Below are positions 29,301 to 38,074 of a DNA stretch of 64,000 bases, piece after piece; the first letter of the stretch is position 1; each line of letters begins with the position of its first letter. This stretch comes from Sedimentisphaerales bacterium (GTDB lineage Bacteria; Planctomycetota; Phycisphaerae; Sedimentisphaerales; Anaerobacaceae). The DNA lies in NCBI GenBank assembly GCA_963708075.1, contig OY970194.1, forward strand, positions 3,840,001-3,904,000, given 5' to 3'. The notes beneath the pieces are model-generated. The model was not told the origin of the DNA and did not search any database. It worked only from the letters and a program-made list of their open reading frames with translations. The position numbers and the translations under genes are program-made.

Positions 29301-29798
29301 GTCCTGTCGCTGGTAGTAACAGCCAAGAATCACGGCCGCACCGTTGCGGTCACATGCCTCGATCACCCGCCGGACCCGCTGCAGGTAGGAATCGCGCAGT
29401 GAGCCGTCCAGGTTGAACGCGGAGTTCACAGCGCCTTCATAGCCGGGCATGCCACCCTGCAGACAGACTGTGAACGCACGAACGCCGTGAGCCACATAAT
29501 CCGGGATGCGGGCGATGAACTCCTCGGCATTCGAGTTGGGGTCGAACTCGGGACGGTTTCGGTCCTCGAAAACGGCATTGACCATTCGCACGTTCATCAG
29601 CAGTCCCTCGGCCTTTGCCCCTGGATATGTCACCTGGCCGTTGAGGAACCATTGCGTGCCGGCAAGCCGGATGGACGTGCCCGCCCCGGAAGCACCGGGC
29701 ACAGGTTCGCCCCCGAGCGCCCCTGCCGTCGCAGCAAAGAGCGACAGGCCCACAATGGTGATCGCCGTGTATCGATTGTGAATTCCCGGCTGGCTCAT
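26339..29798 (-). CDS. Secreted three-module hydrolase: GH-A-like barrel, DUF1593 nucleoside-hydrolase-like domain with C-terminal beta domain, and beta-lactamase-like serine hydrolase; one +1 frameshift near 27592
   Basis: GAGGAG RBS, signal peptide; EIANE...KPIVCNED; IETDAGGDPDDEQSLVRFLLYANEWDIEG, EGDT, WGSWAGRY, NHAP; after correction IPNDAAGETIHVVLTIRDNGTPPLAAYRRV; then SVSK (SxxK), LLNHTSG, YS, KPG. Confidence 0.78.
27447..27475 (-). repeat. GTAG-class REP-like palindrome inside the coding linker
   Basis: GTAG-GGGCGGG-TTTGCAG-CCCGCCC-GTAC, translated as VGAGLQPART. Confidence 0.7.
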
Positions 29799-29808
29799 GC
29801 AGTGCTCC

Positions 29809-30357
29809 TCATTTGTGCTGGACATATGTAACCGTTGCCACATTGACGGTGGCCGCAAGCAGAGGCGAATCATCGTTCGGCCGCGCGGAGTTGCGGTCGG
29901 CACGTCGAACTTCCAAAGCTGTTATGCCGGCGGCGTCGACAGCATCCAGTTGCGAAAGAAACGAGACAAGCTGAGCCAGGGTAAGGCTTTCCAGCCGCAC
30001 TTCCACCACGACCTCCTCATACGTGTTGTCGATCGCCACTGTCGCGGGCTTCATAGACAACACGTTCTCCGACAGACCACACGCCTTCCTGACATTCTCT
30101 ATGCTTGAGAGCATGCGCCGGTTTCCCCGCTGCTGAGCAACCATGGCGTGCAGATGGCCAATCTCACCCTGCAGTCTCTCGTACTCCAGGCGCTTCGCTC
30201 GCAGTTGGGCCAGGACCTCTCGTTTCTCGATTACAACGCGCCGAAGCGTCGAGGCTCGCTCGACAGTCGGGCGCACGGCAAACTGCAACGCGAGAAGCAG
30301 GACAAGCAGGCCCGCCCCGCCCAGGACAACCAGTTTTTCTCGTTTCGCCAAGCGCAT
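29809..30357 (-). CDS. gspM: Type II secretion protein M-like
   Basis: L..REK plus TM helix, coiled coil, V.V.LE.LTL.QLV.FL; last gene of the gsp operon. Confidence 0.72.
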   Translation of the reverse strand: MRLAKREKLVVLGGAGLLVLLLALQFAVRPTVERASTLRRVVIEKREVLAQLRAKRLEYERLQGEIGHLHAMVAQQRGNRRMLSSIENVRKACGLSENVLSMKPATVAIDNTYEEVVVEVRLESLTLAQLVSFLSQLDAVDAAGITALEVRRADRNSARPNDDSPLLAATVNVATVTYVQHK

Positions 30358-30362
30358 CGCTT

Positions 30363-31832
30363 TCAACCAGCCTTCAGTAAGATCACAAGCCGAAATTCGG
30401 GGCGGTCGCTGCCCCGGCTCAAAGCCACATCCTCCAGCGCCACGGAGTCAAACTCGGGGACCTGCCTCAGCTCATCGAGGAATTGCTCTACGGATTCAAA
30501 GGAGCTGCCTGTTGCCGTGACGCGAACGGTCCTATCTCTTACAGAAAACGATGAGATGCCGATCCCCTTCTCCGAGGTCATTTTCTCGCTCAGGACGTGC
30601 AACACCCGCAGCGGCTGGATTCGTTTGCCCATCACGGTGGCAAGCGTGTCGTGCTCTTTGCGAAGCGCGGCCAGGTGCTCACTCATCTGCGCCAGCTCAT
30701 TGACCACCTTCTTCTCCCCGGGAAAGGCCTCCACGAAGACGGCCCGGATCTCGCGGGCGAGCCGGCCACGCTCAGCCTCCAGGTTCTGCAACCGGTGGAG
30801 CATCCGCACGCCCAGCAGGACCAGGATGATTGCGAAGAGAACGGCGGATACGAGCGCCGAGCGTTTCGCTCTGGATTTGGCCACCCGATCCACCTGAGAA
30901 AGATCGGCGGTCAGGAAGTTCAACTTGTCGTCTCGCGAGTCAAGACCGATCAAGGCGAGCCCCAGAGCAACCGCGAACTGGCCGTCCAAGGTAGTGGCAG
31001 GGCTGCTGACTTCGGGTAACTCACAGCGAATGACTTGATGGCCGCTAGCCTGGGACAATCTCGTGGACAGTTCGCGAACGAGTTCGTCCGGTCCAGACAG
31101 CATGACCTGCAGAGGGTGCTGGTACCGTCTGCCTGGTGTCCCCCGCAATGTCAGCTCGATCTCGCGGGCGAGTGTCGTGCCGATGGTTTCGGCGTCGCCC
31201 GTGCAGGACAGGTGCCGGGCACGGGCGATGGCGCCGTCCTGCAAGAGACCGAGAATCGCCCGGCAGCCGTCGACATGCAGAATGATGTGGGGTCTGCTGT
31301 CGTCGTTCGGCTGGATCAGACGTGCGACTGCCGCAAGTGCACAGACATCCGTCGAGAGCACGGAACACTGCCGTCCCGCGCCATTCAACATTTGGACCGA
31401 GTCCTTGATCTGGCTGCGACTTGCGGCGGCGATCAGGTATTCGTACTTGTCGTCACCCGCACGGCGGCGGCTGCAGACATCCGCGACAAGATCATCGACC
31501 GGCAGAGGGAAGTCATCTTCGAGCTCGAATTTCAGCAGTCGCCGGACATCCTCGCGCTTTGTCAGTTCCGTCCTCAGGCTGCTGAAGAAGACCTTCTCAT
31601 AAGGCAGGCCGGTAACCACGACCGTATTGGCTCGGAGTTTCATATCCCGGATCGCCTCCGCCAATAGAGACGCAATATCTTGCGTCTCCACACCCACGGC
31701 TGCACAAGGGCGCTCTCGCTGTTGCACCGTCCTCGCATACGTGCCGAGCACGGAGAGTCTGCCGCGTCTGCGCGAGACCTGCACGAACCTGATACCGTCA
31801 GCGGTGATATCAATGCCTGCGGAACGAGCCAT
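30363..31832 (-). CDS. gspL: Type II secretion protein L (PilM-like actin fold plus PilN-like domain)
   Basis: GIDI, FELED..P, LSG, FAVALGLAL, LNF, TM helix, periplasmic ferredoxin-like tail. Confidence 0.8.
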   Translation of the reverse strand: MARSAGIDITADGIRFVQVSRRRGRLSVLGTYARTVQQRERPCAAVGVETQDIASLLAEAIRDMKLRANTVVVTGLPYEKVFFSSLRTELTKREDVRRLLKFELEDDFPLPVDDLVADVCSRRRAGDDKYEYLIAAASRSQIKDSVQMLNGAGRQCSVLSTDVCALAAVARLIQPNDDSRPHIILHVDGCRAILGLLQDGAIARARHLSCTGDAETIGTTLAREIELTLRGTPGRRYQHPLQVMLSGPDELVRELSTRLSQASGHQVIRCELPEVSSPATTLDGQFAVALGLALIGLDSRDDKLNFLTADLSQVDRVAKSRAKRSALVSAVLFAIILVLLGVRMLHRLQNLEAERGRLAREIRAVFVEAFPGEKKVVNELAQMSEHLAALRKEHDTLATVMGKRIQPLRVLHVLSEKMTSEKGIGISSFSVRDRTVRVTATGSSFESVEQFLDELRQVPEFDSVALEDVALSRGSDRPEFRLVILLKAG

Positions 31833-31868
31833 AATCACGTCAAAGCACTCTCTGCCGATCCCCCGGAT

Positions 31869-32903
31869 TCACATTTCCCAGCGAAGCAAGGGTGTCACGC
31901 GACCTCGAACGCCGTCCCTTTGGACCGCCAGCCGCAGCGTCCGGACACAGTTGCCCACGACGCCGCGCACGATCACAGTATAATATTCATCCCCCGGCTG
32001 CATAGTGACAAAGCCCCGGATCGCCTGCAATACTTCCGGGGTCATCCCCGGCACCTTGCCAAGATCATCCATATTCCGGTATGGCCGGTGCTGCACGATG
32101 CTCTCCGCCAGGGGCCGATCGATCTGTTCACAGAGCGCCTGCAACACGGTCGCAGACGCCTCGTTGATGTTCACCCTGCCCTCACCGTAGACTGTCAGGA
32201 ATTGCTCCAGCCCCACCGCCGGACCTGCCTGCTCCGCATCCGTGGGACCGTGGAAGATCTCACGGGTCATCCCTTTGACGAGCATCAGCTCGCTCAGGAC
32301 CTCCATGGGCTGATTCTTGCAGAGGTAAGGCTTGGCCAGGTTGCGGTAATAGTTGCTCTCGGCACCGCGGTTCTCGCCTTGCACATAAGGCAGCACCGTG
32401 ACCTCATCATCCGAGTCGATCCAGTCGATGATCGCCGGGACGAGACTATAGCTTACAGGATTGCGCTCCTGATATTGCGAATTCAGCACATCAATCAACC
32501 GCAGCATTTGATCGACCTGCTGACGAACAGGCTTGCCGTCACGTGTCACCAATCCGTTCACGCTGATCTTGCCCCGCTCCCCCGCAACGGATATTGTGCA
32601 GTAACCCCGGCCCATGGGCACCTGCATCGCTCCCGACAGAAGGCCGGCCAGTTTCTCATCCGCCCGGAGATTGCCCCTCTGCTCAAGCGAAGCTGTCGCA
32701 ATGGCCAGGCCCGCCTCCGCACAGTATAACGCTTGCTGAGAATCGCGTGTGTTCTCGGCCAGGTGGAATTTCACGCGCGAATCGTAGCAGAACTCAAAGA
32801 CAATGGCCGCAATCAGGGCGATAATCAGCAGAACGACGATCAGCGCAACTCCAGGTCTGCCCAGCGGGAGATATTCAGGATACATACGTTTCCGCTTCTT
32901 CAT
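31869..32903 (-). CDS. gspK: Type II secretion minor pseudopilin K
   Basis: G|VALIVVLL, AEAGL, E.GKI.VN, AIIDWID.D, GAE..YY, EL.LVKGM, VNINEA. Confidence 0.93.
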   Translation of the reverse strand: MKKRKRMYPEYLPLGRPGVALIVVLLIIALIAAIVFEFCYDSRVKFHLAENTRDSQQALYCAEAGLAIATASLEQRGNLRADEKLAGLLSGAMQVPMGRGYCTISVAGERGKISVNGLVTRDGKPVRQQVDQMLRLIDVLNSQYQERNPVSYSLVPAIIDWIDSDDEVTVLPYVQGENRGAESNYYRNLAKPYLCKNQPMEVLSELMLVKGMTREIFHGPTDAEQAGPAVGLEQFLTVYGEGRVNINEASATVLQALCEQIDRPLAESIVQHRPYRNMDDLGKVPGMTPEVLQAIRGFVTMQPGDEYYTVIVRGVVGNCVRTLRLAVQRDGVRGRVTPLLRWEM

Positions 32904-33677
32904 TCACCTGGCCCCGTCCTTGCTTTTGCCCACGGTCTCCTGGACCTGGGTCTTGCGTCCTTCCCGCGCACGACAGCGTATCGCAGCGACCGACGTGAAA
33001 GAGGCGGAGACATCATCCTGCTGGGACGCCAGCACGAGCTTGACTCGCAAGGCTCTGGGCAGGCCGCTTGAAACGTTCGAGTCCCATTCCTTCCGCCAGT
33101 CCGCGCCGTCGAAGTACTCGAATTCGGCTTCCAGCACGTCCTCCAGAACCACGCACCAGTCTTCATCATCCTCGTCCATGCTGCGCCGGCCGTAAATCTC
33201 TTCGCGAGTCAACAAGGTGCGCTCACGCGCGTTCACTTTGTACGATACGACTGCCAGGTACCCGATATCTGATCTTCGGTTGAGCGTGCTGCTCGTGGTC
33301 ACGAACTGCAGGACGCTATCATCAGACAATGTCCGGCCTTGAAATAAGCGGACTTCCTCTTGCGATACGGTCTTGCCCACATCGTTTTGATCCTGTACGG
33401 GACGGCTCGCCTGGTCCACACGGCCGCCGTAGCAGCATCGGACCTGCCGGGAGAGCCGCTGAAGGAAGAAGCGCCCCTTCTGATCGAGGTCCATCCGCGG
33501 CTGAAGGTCCGCGATGGAGCTCGTCACCGCCCGGTAGCTCCCATAGACGGCGCCCATGATCAGACCCAGGACGCTCAGAGCGACCAGAACCTCCAGCAAA
33601 GTGAAACCGCCCGGCCCACAAGCTTGATCACAGGCGGGTGCGAGGCAAAGCCGCCTTATTGTTGCTCTTGTCATCAT
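32904..33677 (-). CDS. gspJ: Type II secretion minor pseudopilin J
   Basis: G|FTLLEVLVAL; F.YFDG..W...WDS...LPRA.RV. Confidence 0.85.
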   Translation of the reverse strand: MMTRATIRRLCLAPACDQACGPGGFTLLEVLVALSVLGLIMGAVYGSYRAVTSSIADLQPRMDLDQKGRFFLQRLSRQVRCCYGGRVDQASRPVQDQNDVGKTVSQEEVRLFQGRTLSDDSVLQFVTTSSTLNRRSDIGYLAVVSYKVNARERTLLTREEIYGRRSMDEDDEDWCVVLEDVLEAEFEYFDGADWRKEWDSNVSSGLPRALRVKLVLASQQDDVSASFTSVAAIRCRAREGRKTQVQETVGKSKDGAR

Positions 33678-34128
33678 TCGGGTTGTCCAGAATTTCACGT
33701 TCGCCCCGGGCCGCAACATGGACAAGGGTGTCGAGCGAGACAATTGCCTCTCGCTCGCCGTCCTGCCAGGTGACGTCCACGTGCACCTGGCGTATGCCCA
33801 TCAACCGTGCAGATTCCAGTGCCGGCACAGGAGCATCCGTCACAACGGAGGACCAATGGTAGACAGTGCCGCGGGTCTCATCCTTCACGCGCCCGCTCGA
33901 TTTGCCAAGTTCCGGAACATCCCGGGCCAGGATTTCCGCGAGCCGGTCGCCGGCCATGAGCGTTGCCCGGGCCATGTGCGAACCGGAATCGATCATGCGG
34001 ATACTGGTAACGTGCAGATGGATCAATGGGACAAGTGCGATCAGCACAATGCACAGCGCCACGAGAATCTCCATCAATGTGAAGCCCGAAGGTTCATGCC
34101 CGCCGCTCGTGTTGTGTGAGTGTGACAT
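33628..34128 (-). CDS. gspI: Type II secretion minor pseudopilin I
   Basis: G|FTLMEILVAL; V.V.V.W near the C-terminus; position between H and J. Confidence 0.82.
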   Translation of the reverse strand: MSHSHNTSGGHEPSGFTLMEILVALCIVLIALVPLIHLHVTSIRMIDSGSHMARATLMAGDRLAEILARDVPELGKSSGRVKDETRGTVYHWSSVVTDAPVPALESARLMGIRQVHVDVTWQDGEREAIVSLDTLVHVAARGEREILDNPNDDKSNNKAALPRTRL

Positions 34129-34130
34129 GC

Positions 34131-34667
34131 CTATCCAGCCGGCTTGTCGCCGATAAGGTCTATCTCGCCAAACCATTCATCAATCGCAAGTTTCACGGTC
34201 TGTCCATCTGACGAGGTGATGGTCACTAGTACAGGATCACACCAGCCTTCCGGGCTGAACTCTATCGCGAGGACACTTTCAAAAGCCCCATCTTCCGCCG
34301 CCGGCTCGACATCCGTAATCGCAACTTCTTCAGGCAACTGTCCTCCCAAGCTTCTCTGAGGAACAGCGTTGTCAACCTGTTTGCCCGTGACCCAGTACCG
34401 GCCGGTTTCCACATCGATGTGCAGCACGAAGGCGGACTCCGTCACCATGGCCAGTTCATGGGCGTGCTTGGCCAGCCGCATGAGCTTCCTGCCGCTTCGC
34501 CACGGCTCGGGCTCCCGCAGCAACAGCCCATCCAGCTTGGGGAAAGCTACCGCGGCCGATATGCCCAGCACAATCAGCACCACGATAAGCTCAACGAATG
34601 TGAACGCTCGCGGCGTGCGATCACCGTCCCTATTGCTGGTCCAGGTTCCAGCTCTCGATATCCGCAT
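34131..34667 (-). CDS. gspH: Type II secretion minor pseudopilin H
   Basis: A|FTFVELIVVL; I.F.P.G motif; follows gspG; start approximate. Confidence 0.82.
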   Translation of the reverse strand: MRISRAGTWTSNRDGDRTPRAFTFVELIVVLIVLGISAAVAFPKLDGLLLREPEPWRSGRKLMRLAKHAHELAMVTESAFVLHIDVETGRYWVTGKQVDNAVPQRSLGGQLPEEVAITDVEPAAEDGAFESVLAIEFSPEGWCDPVLVTITSSDGQTVKLAIDEWFGEIDLIGDKPAG

Positions 34668-35088
34668 TGTCCTGCGTTCCGCCATCTTCGCTGTCTTTGC
34701 CATAAGATTCGAGGTCGTACTCATCCCGCGTGCCGGGACAGATGTAGATATACTGACTGTCCCAGGGATCGGCCGGGACCCTGCCTCCCTCGATATACCC
34801 GCCCTGCTTCCAGCCCTTGAGACCCGGATCGTTCACGAGTGCCTCCAATCCCTCGGACGTGGTCGGGAATCGCCCCGTATCCGTCTTGAAGAAGGCCAGC
34901 GCCGATTGAAGGTTACGGATCTGCACCTTGGCCTTCATGCGACGGGCCTGTTCCGGCCGGTCCAGGATCTTCGGCATCATGATCGTCGCCAGGATCCCCA
35001 GGATCACGATCACAACCATCAGCTCGATGAGGGTAAAGCCCGATGACAGGCGCCGCCCTCGCACTGTATCCAATTTCCGCACAGCCAC
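34630..35088 (-). CDS. gspG: Type II secretion major pseudopilin G
   Basis: G|FTLIELMVVIVILGIL, D.GRFPTT.EGL.AL, DPW, Y.Y..PG, S.G.D. Confidence 0.95.
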   Translation of the reverse strand: MAVRKLDTVRGRRLSSGFTLIELMVVIVILGILATIMMPKILDRPEQARRMKAKVQIRNLQSALAFFKTDTGRFPTTSEGLEALVNDPGLKGWKQGGYIEGGRVPADPWDSQYIYICPGTRDEYDLESYGKDSEDGGTQDNADIESWNLDQQ

Positions 35089-35093
35089 ACCTC

Positions 35094-36311
35094 CTACGCA
35101 ATCGCCTGGTTGATATCGAATATCGGCAGAAGCATCGCCAACACGATGAATCCGACAATCACGCCCAGCACAAGGATCATGATGGGCTCGAGCAGCGACG
35201 TGAGCGTACCCAATCGGGCCTCCACGTCGCCGTCCAGCAGATCGGCAATCCGGGCCAGTCCCTCCTCGACCGTCCCGCTCTGCTCGCCGGCTGCGATCAT
35301 ATTCACGACCAGGGGCGGGAACACACCGCTGGCGTTGAGAGAATCCGCAATCGTCCCGCCGTGACTGACAGCTTCCTGGGCGTCGGCCGCCGCCTGAGCG
35401 ATCACGCTGTTGCCTGCCACCCGCTCGGAGAGCCTCAGGGCCTCAACGATGGTCACTCCGCTGGCCAGCAAAACGCCGAGGGTACGGCAGAAGCGAGACA
35501 GCGACACTTTGAGCACAACCTCGCCGAGCAGCGGGCATCGCAGCTTGAACCGGTCCCAGAACTTGCGCCCCGCCCCCGTCCGAATCCAGTAGATGTTTCC
35601 GGCGATCAGACCGGCCAACAGGACTGCGAAGACCCACACATAGCGTGAGGCAATATCGCTGGTCTTAATCAGCACGACCGTCGGCCAGGGCAGCCGCATT
35701 TTCATTTCCAGGAAGAGCTTCGTTACGCTCGGCAGCACGAAGCTCAGGATGAAAATGACCACGCACGTGCCCACGACCATCATGAAAATGGGATAGGCCA
35801 GAGCCGTCTTGACCTTGTTCATCAGCTTGGCGCGTCGCTCGAACAAGTCCGCCAGTTGGGATAGCACGTTCTCCAGCGTGCCCGCTGCTTCCGCCGCCTC
35901 CACCATGCTAACATACACCGGGGGAAACACGGATGGATGTTCCTCCAGGGCCCGCGCCAGGGCGATGCCTTCATTGACGCTGTCGCGGATCTGGGCGAAG
36001 ATCCTTCCGAGGCGATTGTCTCCCAACTGCTGCACGAGGGCCGACAGGGCGCCCAGAAGCGGCATGCCCGCGAGCAGGAGGACGGACAACTGACGTGTGG
36101 CGGCGGACAATTCACGCACGCTGACCCGGCCGGTCCGCGATCGCTCCGATGTCTTATTGCCCTGAGCCTCCGTCTGCTTCTGGGCAATCTCGGCGACATG
36201 GGCTCCGGCTGCGCGCAGCCGCCTGCGGGCCTCCCCCAGTGACGGCGCATCGATCATGCCGCGGGATTCCCGGCCCGTGCCACTCACCTGCGTGTATTCG
36301 AATAGCGCCAT
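35094..36311 (-). CDS. gspF: Type II secretion inner membrane protein F
   Basis: TRQL..LL.AG.PL, AL..HP..FP..Y..MV.A.E..G.L, ALAYP, AGEQSG, LLEP. Confidence 0.95.
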   Translation of the reverse strand: MALFEYTQVSGTGRESRGMIDAPSLGEARRRLRAAGAHVAEIAQKQTEAQGNKTSERSRTGRVSVRELSAATRQLSVLLLAGMPLLGALSALVQQLGDNRLGRIFAQIRDSVNEGIALARALEEHPSVFPPVYVSMVEAAEAAGTLENVLSQLADLFERRAKLMNKVKTALAYPIFMMVVGTCVVIFILSFVLPSVTKLFLEMKMRLPWPTVVLIKTSDIASRYVWVFAVLLAGLIAGNIYWIRTGAGRKFWDRFKLRCPLLGEVVLKVSLSRFCRTLGVLLASGVTIVEALRLSERVAGNSVIAQAAADAQEAVSHGGTIADSLNASGVFPPLVVNMIAAGEQSGTVEEGLARIADLLDGDVEARLGTLTSLLEPIMILVLGVIVGFIVLAMLLPIFDINQAIA

Positions 36312-38017
36312 TACTCCTGCGCCCCCCGTGAATCCGCAGAATCCGAATCCTCCTGCGTCACCCGAAAGACCTCTTCTGCTGTGGTCATCCCGCGCAGAAC
36401 CTTTCGCAAGCCATCATCACGCAGCGTGCACATACCCCTTTTCAGCCCGGCCTGTCTGATGGGATGAGCCCTCGCATCGGTCAAGACCAGTTCCCGGAGG
36501 TCATCGTCCAACACGAGCAATTCGAAAATACCCATCCGGCCGCGATAGCCTGTACCGCTGCAGTTCGGACATACATTAGCCGCCAAGTTCAAATCCGGAT
36601 CACGCCGTGCCCCCCCAACAGCCTTGTCAAGAGCTTCACCCTGGCACTCCGGGCAGACCCGCCGCACCAGCCTCTGCGCCATGACTCCAAGCAGCGAGGA
36701 TGAGACGAGATAAGGTTCGATACCCATATCCACCAGCCGCGTGACGGCGCTGGAGGCGTCGTTGGTGTGCAAGGTGCTGAACACGAGGTGGCCGGTGAGA
36801 GCCGCCTGGATCGCAATCCGCGCCGTCTCAAGATCGCGGATTTCGCCGATCATGATGACGTCCGGGTCCTGCCGGAGAATGTGACGCAGGCAGGCGGCAA
36901 ACGTCAGGCCGATCTTCGGCATCACCTGCGTCTGACTGACGCCGGACAGGCGGTACTCGATCGGGTCCTCCACCGTCATAATGTTGCGATCGTCGCAATT
37001 CAACTCCGTGATCGCGCCGTAGAGCGTGGTGGTCTTGCCGCTGCCGGTCGGGCCTGTCAACAAGATGATCCCGTGCGGCCGGGAGATAAGCCCGCGGAAT
37101 TGCTTTTCCGTCGGCGGCTCGAATCCGATCTGCTCCAACCCGAAGCGGGCACCCGATTCATCGAGAAGGCGCAGGACCACGCGCTCCCCCCACGCGGTTG
37201 GGATCGTCGAGACACGTATGTCGAGCTCCCGGTCGCCGATCTTGATTCGGCTGCGCCCATCCTGGGGGAGCCTGCGTTCGGCGATATTCAGCTTGGCCAT
37301 GATTTTCAGCCGCGACACCATGGCGGCAAAGTACTGTCTCGGGAATGTCGATCGCGTATAAAGCACGCCATCGATTCTGAACCGTATCTTCACCTCATGC
37401 TCGTATGGCTCGACGTGGATATCACTGGCCCGCGATTGGCCGGCCTGGAAGAGGAACGCGTTGACCAGCTTGATGATCGGCGCGCCTTTCGACAGGTCCA
37501 GGAGGTCCTCCGTGTACGTCTCGGCACTGACGTTCTGCAACCGTTCATCGGTGCTCAACTCCGTTTGTGCGGCGGGGTCGCCGTCATGATAGTAGTACTG
37601 GCTCAGGCCCGCCTCGATCACCGTACGGGCACAGAGCACCTTAGTGCAGGGAGAGCCGAGGGCATTGACTACCGAGTCCACGGTCATGGTATCTGTCGGG
37701 TCCGCCACAGCCAGGGCAAGCCCCTCCTGCCCTTTGCGAAACGGGAGAATGCCATGCTTGCGGAGGAATTCGATCGGCAAGTTCTGGAGCAACTCCGTGC
37801 CGATGGACTCGGCGGTAATCTCCTCCACGTACGGATACCCCCACTGCTCGGCCAGAGCCTTGCCGACATCGGTCTCGCTGATGCGCCCCATTTCGACGAG
37901 CAACTGCCCGATCCGTTTCTCCGGCGCCTGCTCCTCCTGGATTGCCAGTGCGCCGGCAAGGTCCTCTTTTGAGAGGGCCGTGCGATGGACAAGAATCTCA
38001 CCGATCAAGGGAATCAT
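36311..38017 (-). CDS. gspE: Type II secretion ATPase E
   Basis: ASDIHVEP, RLPQDGR, GPTGSGKTTT, TVEDPIE, LRQDPDVIMIGEIRD, TGHLVFSTLH, two CxxC. Confidence 0.97.
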   Translation of the reverse strand: MIPLIGEILVHRTALSKEDLAGALAIQEEQAPEKRIGQLLVEMGRISETDVGKALAEQWGYPYVEEITAESIGTELLQNLPIEFLRKHGILPFRKGQEGLALAVADPTDTMTVDSVVNALGSPCTKVLCARTVIEAGLSQYYYHDGDPAAQTELSTDERLQNVSAETYTEDLLDLSKGAPIIKLVNAFLFQAGQSRASDIHVEPYEHEVKIRFRIDGVLYTRSTFPRQYFAAMVSRLKIMAKLNIAERRLPQDGRSRIKIGDRELDIRVSTIPTAWGERVVLRLLDESGARFGLEQIGFEPPTEKQFRGLISRPHGIILLTGPTGSGKTTTLYGAITELNCDDRNIMTVEDPIEYRLSGVSQTQVMPKIGLTFAACLRHILRQDPDVIMIGEIRDLETARIAIQAALTGHLVFSTLHTNDASSAVTRLVDMGIEPYLVSSSLLGVMAQRLVRRVCPECQGEALDKAVGGARRDPDLNLAANVCPNCSGTGYRGRMGIFELLVLDDDLRELVLTDARAHPIRQAGLKRGMCTLRDDGLRKVLRGMTTAEEVFRVTQEDSDSADSRGAQE

Positions 38018-38074
38018 GCGATTCGTCCCATGCAGGCAGGCGGCACTGCACTCGGCATTGACATGTGATTGAGG

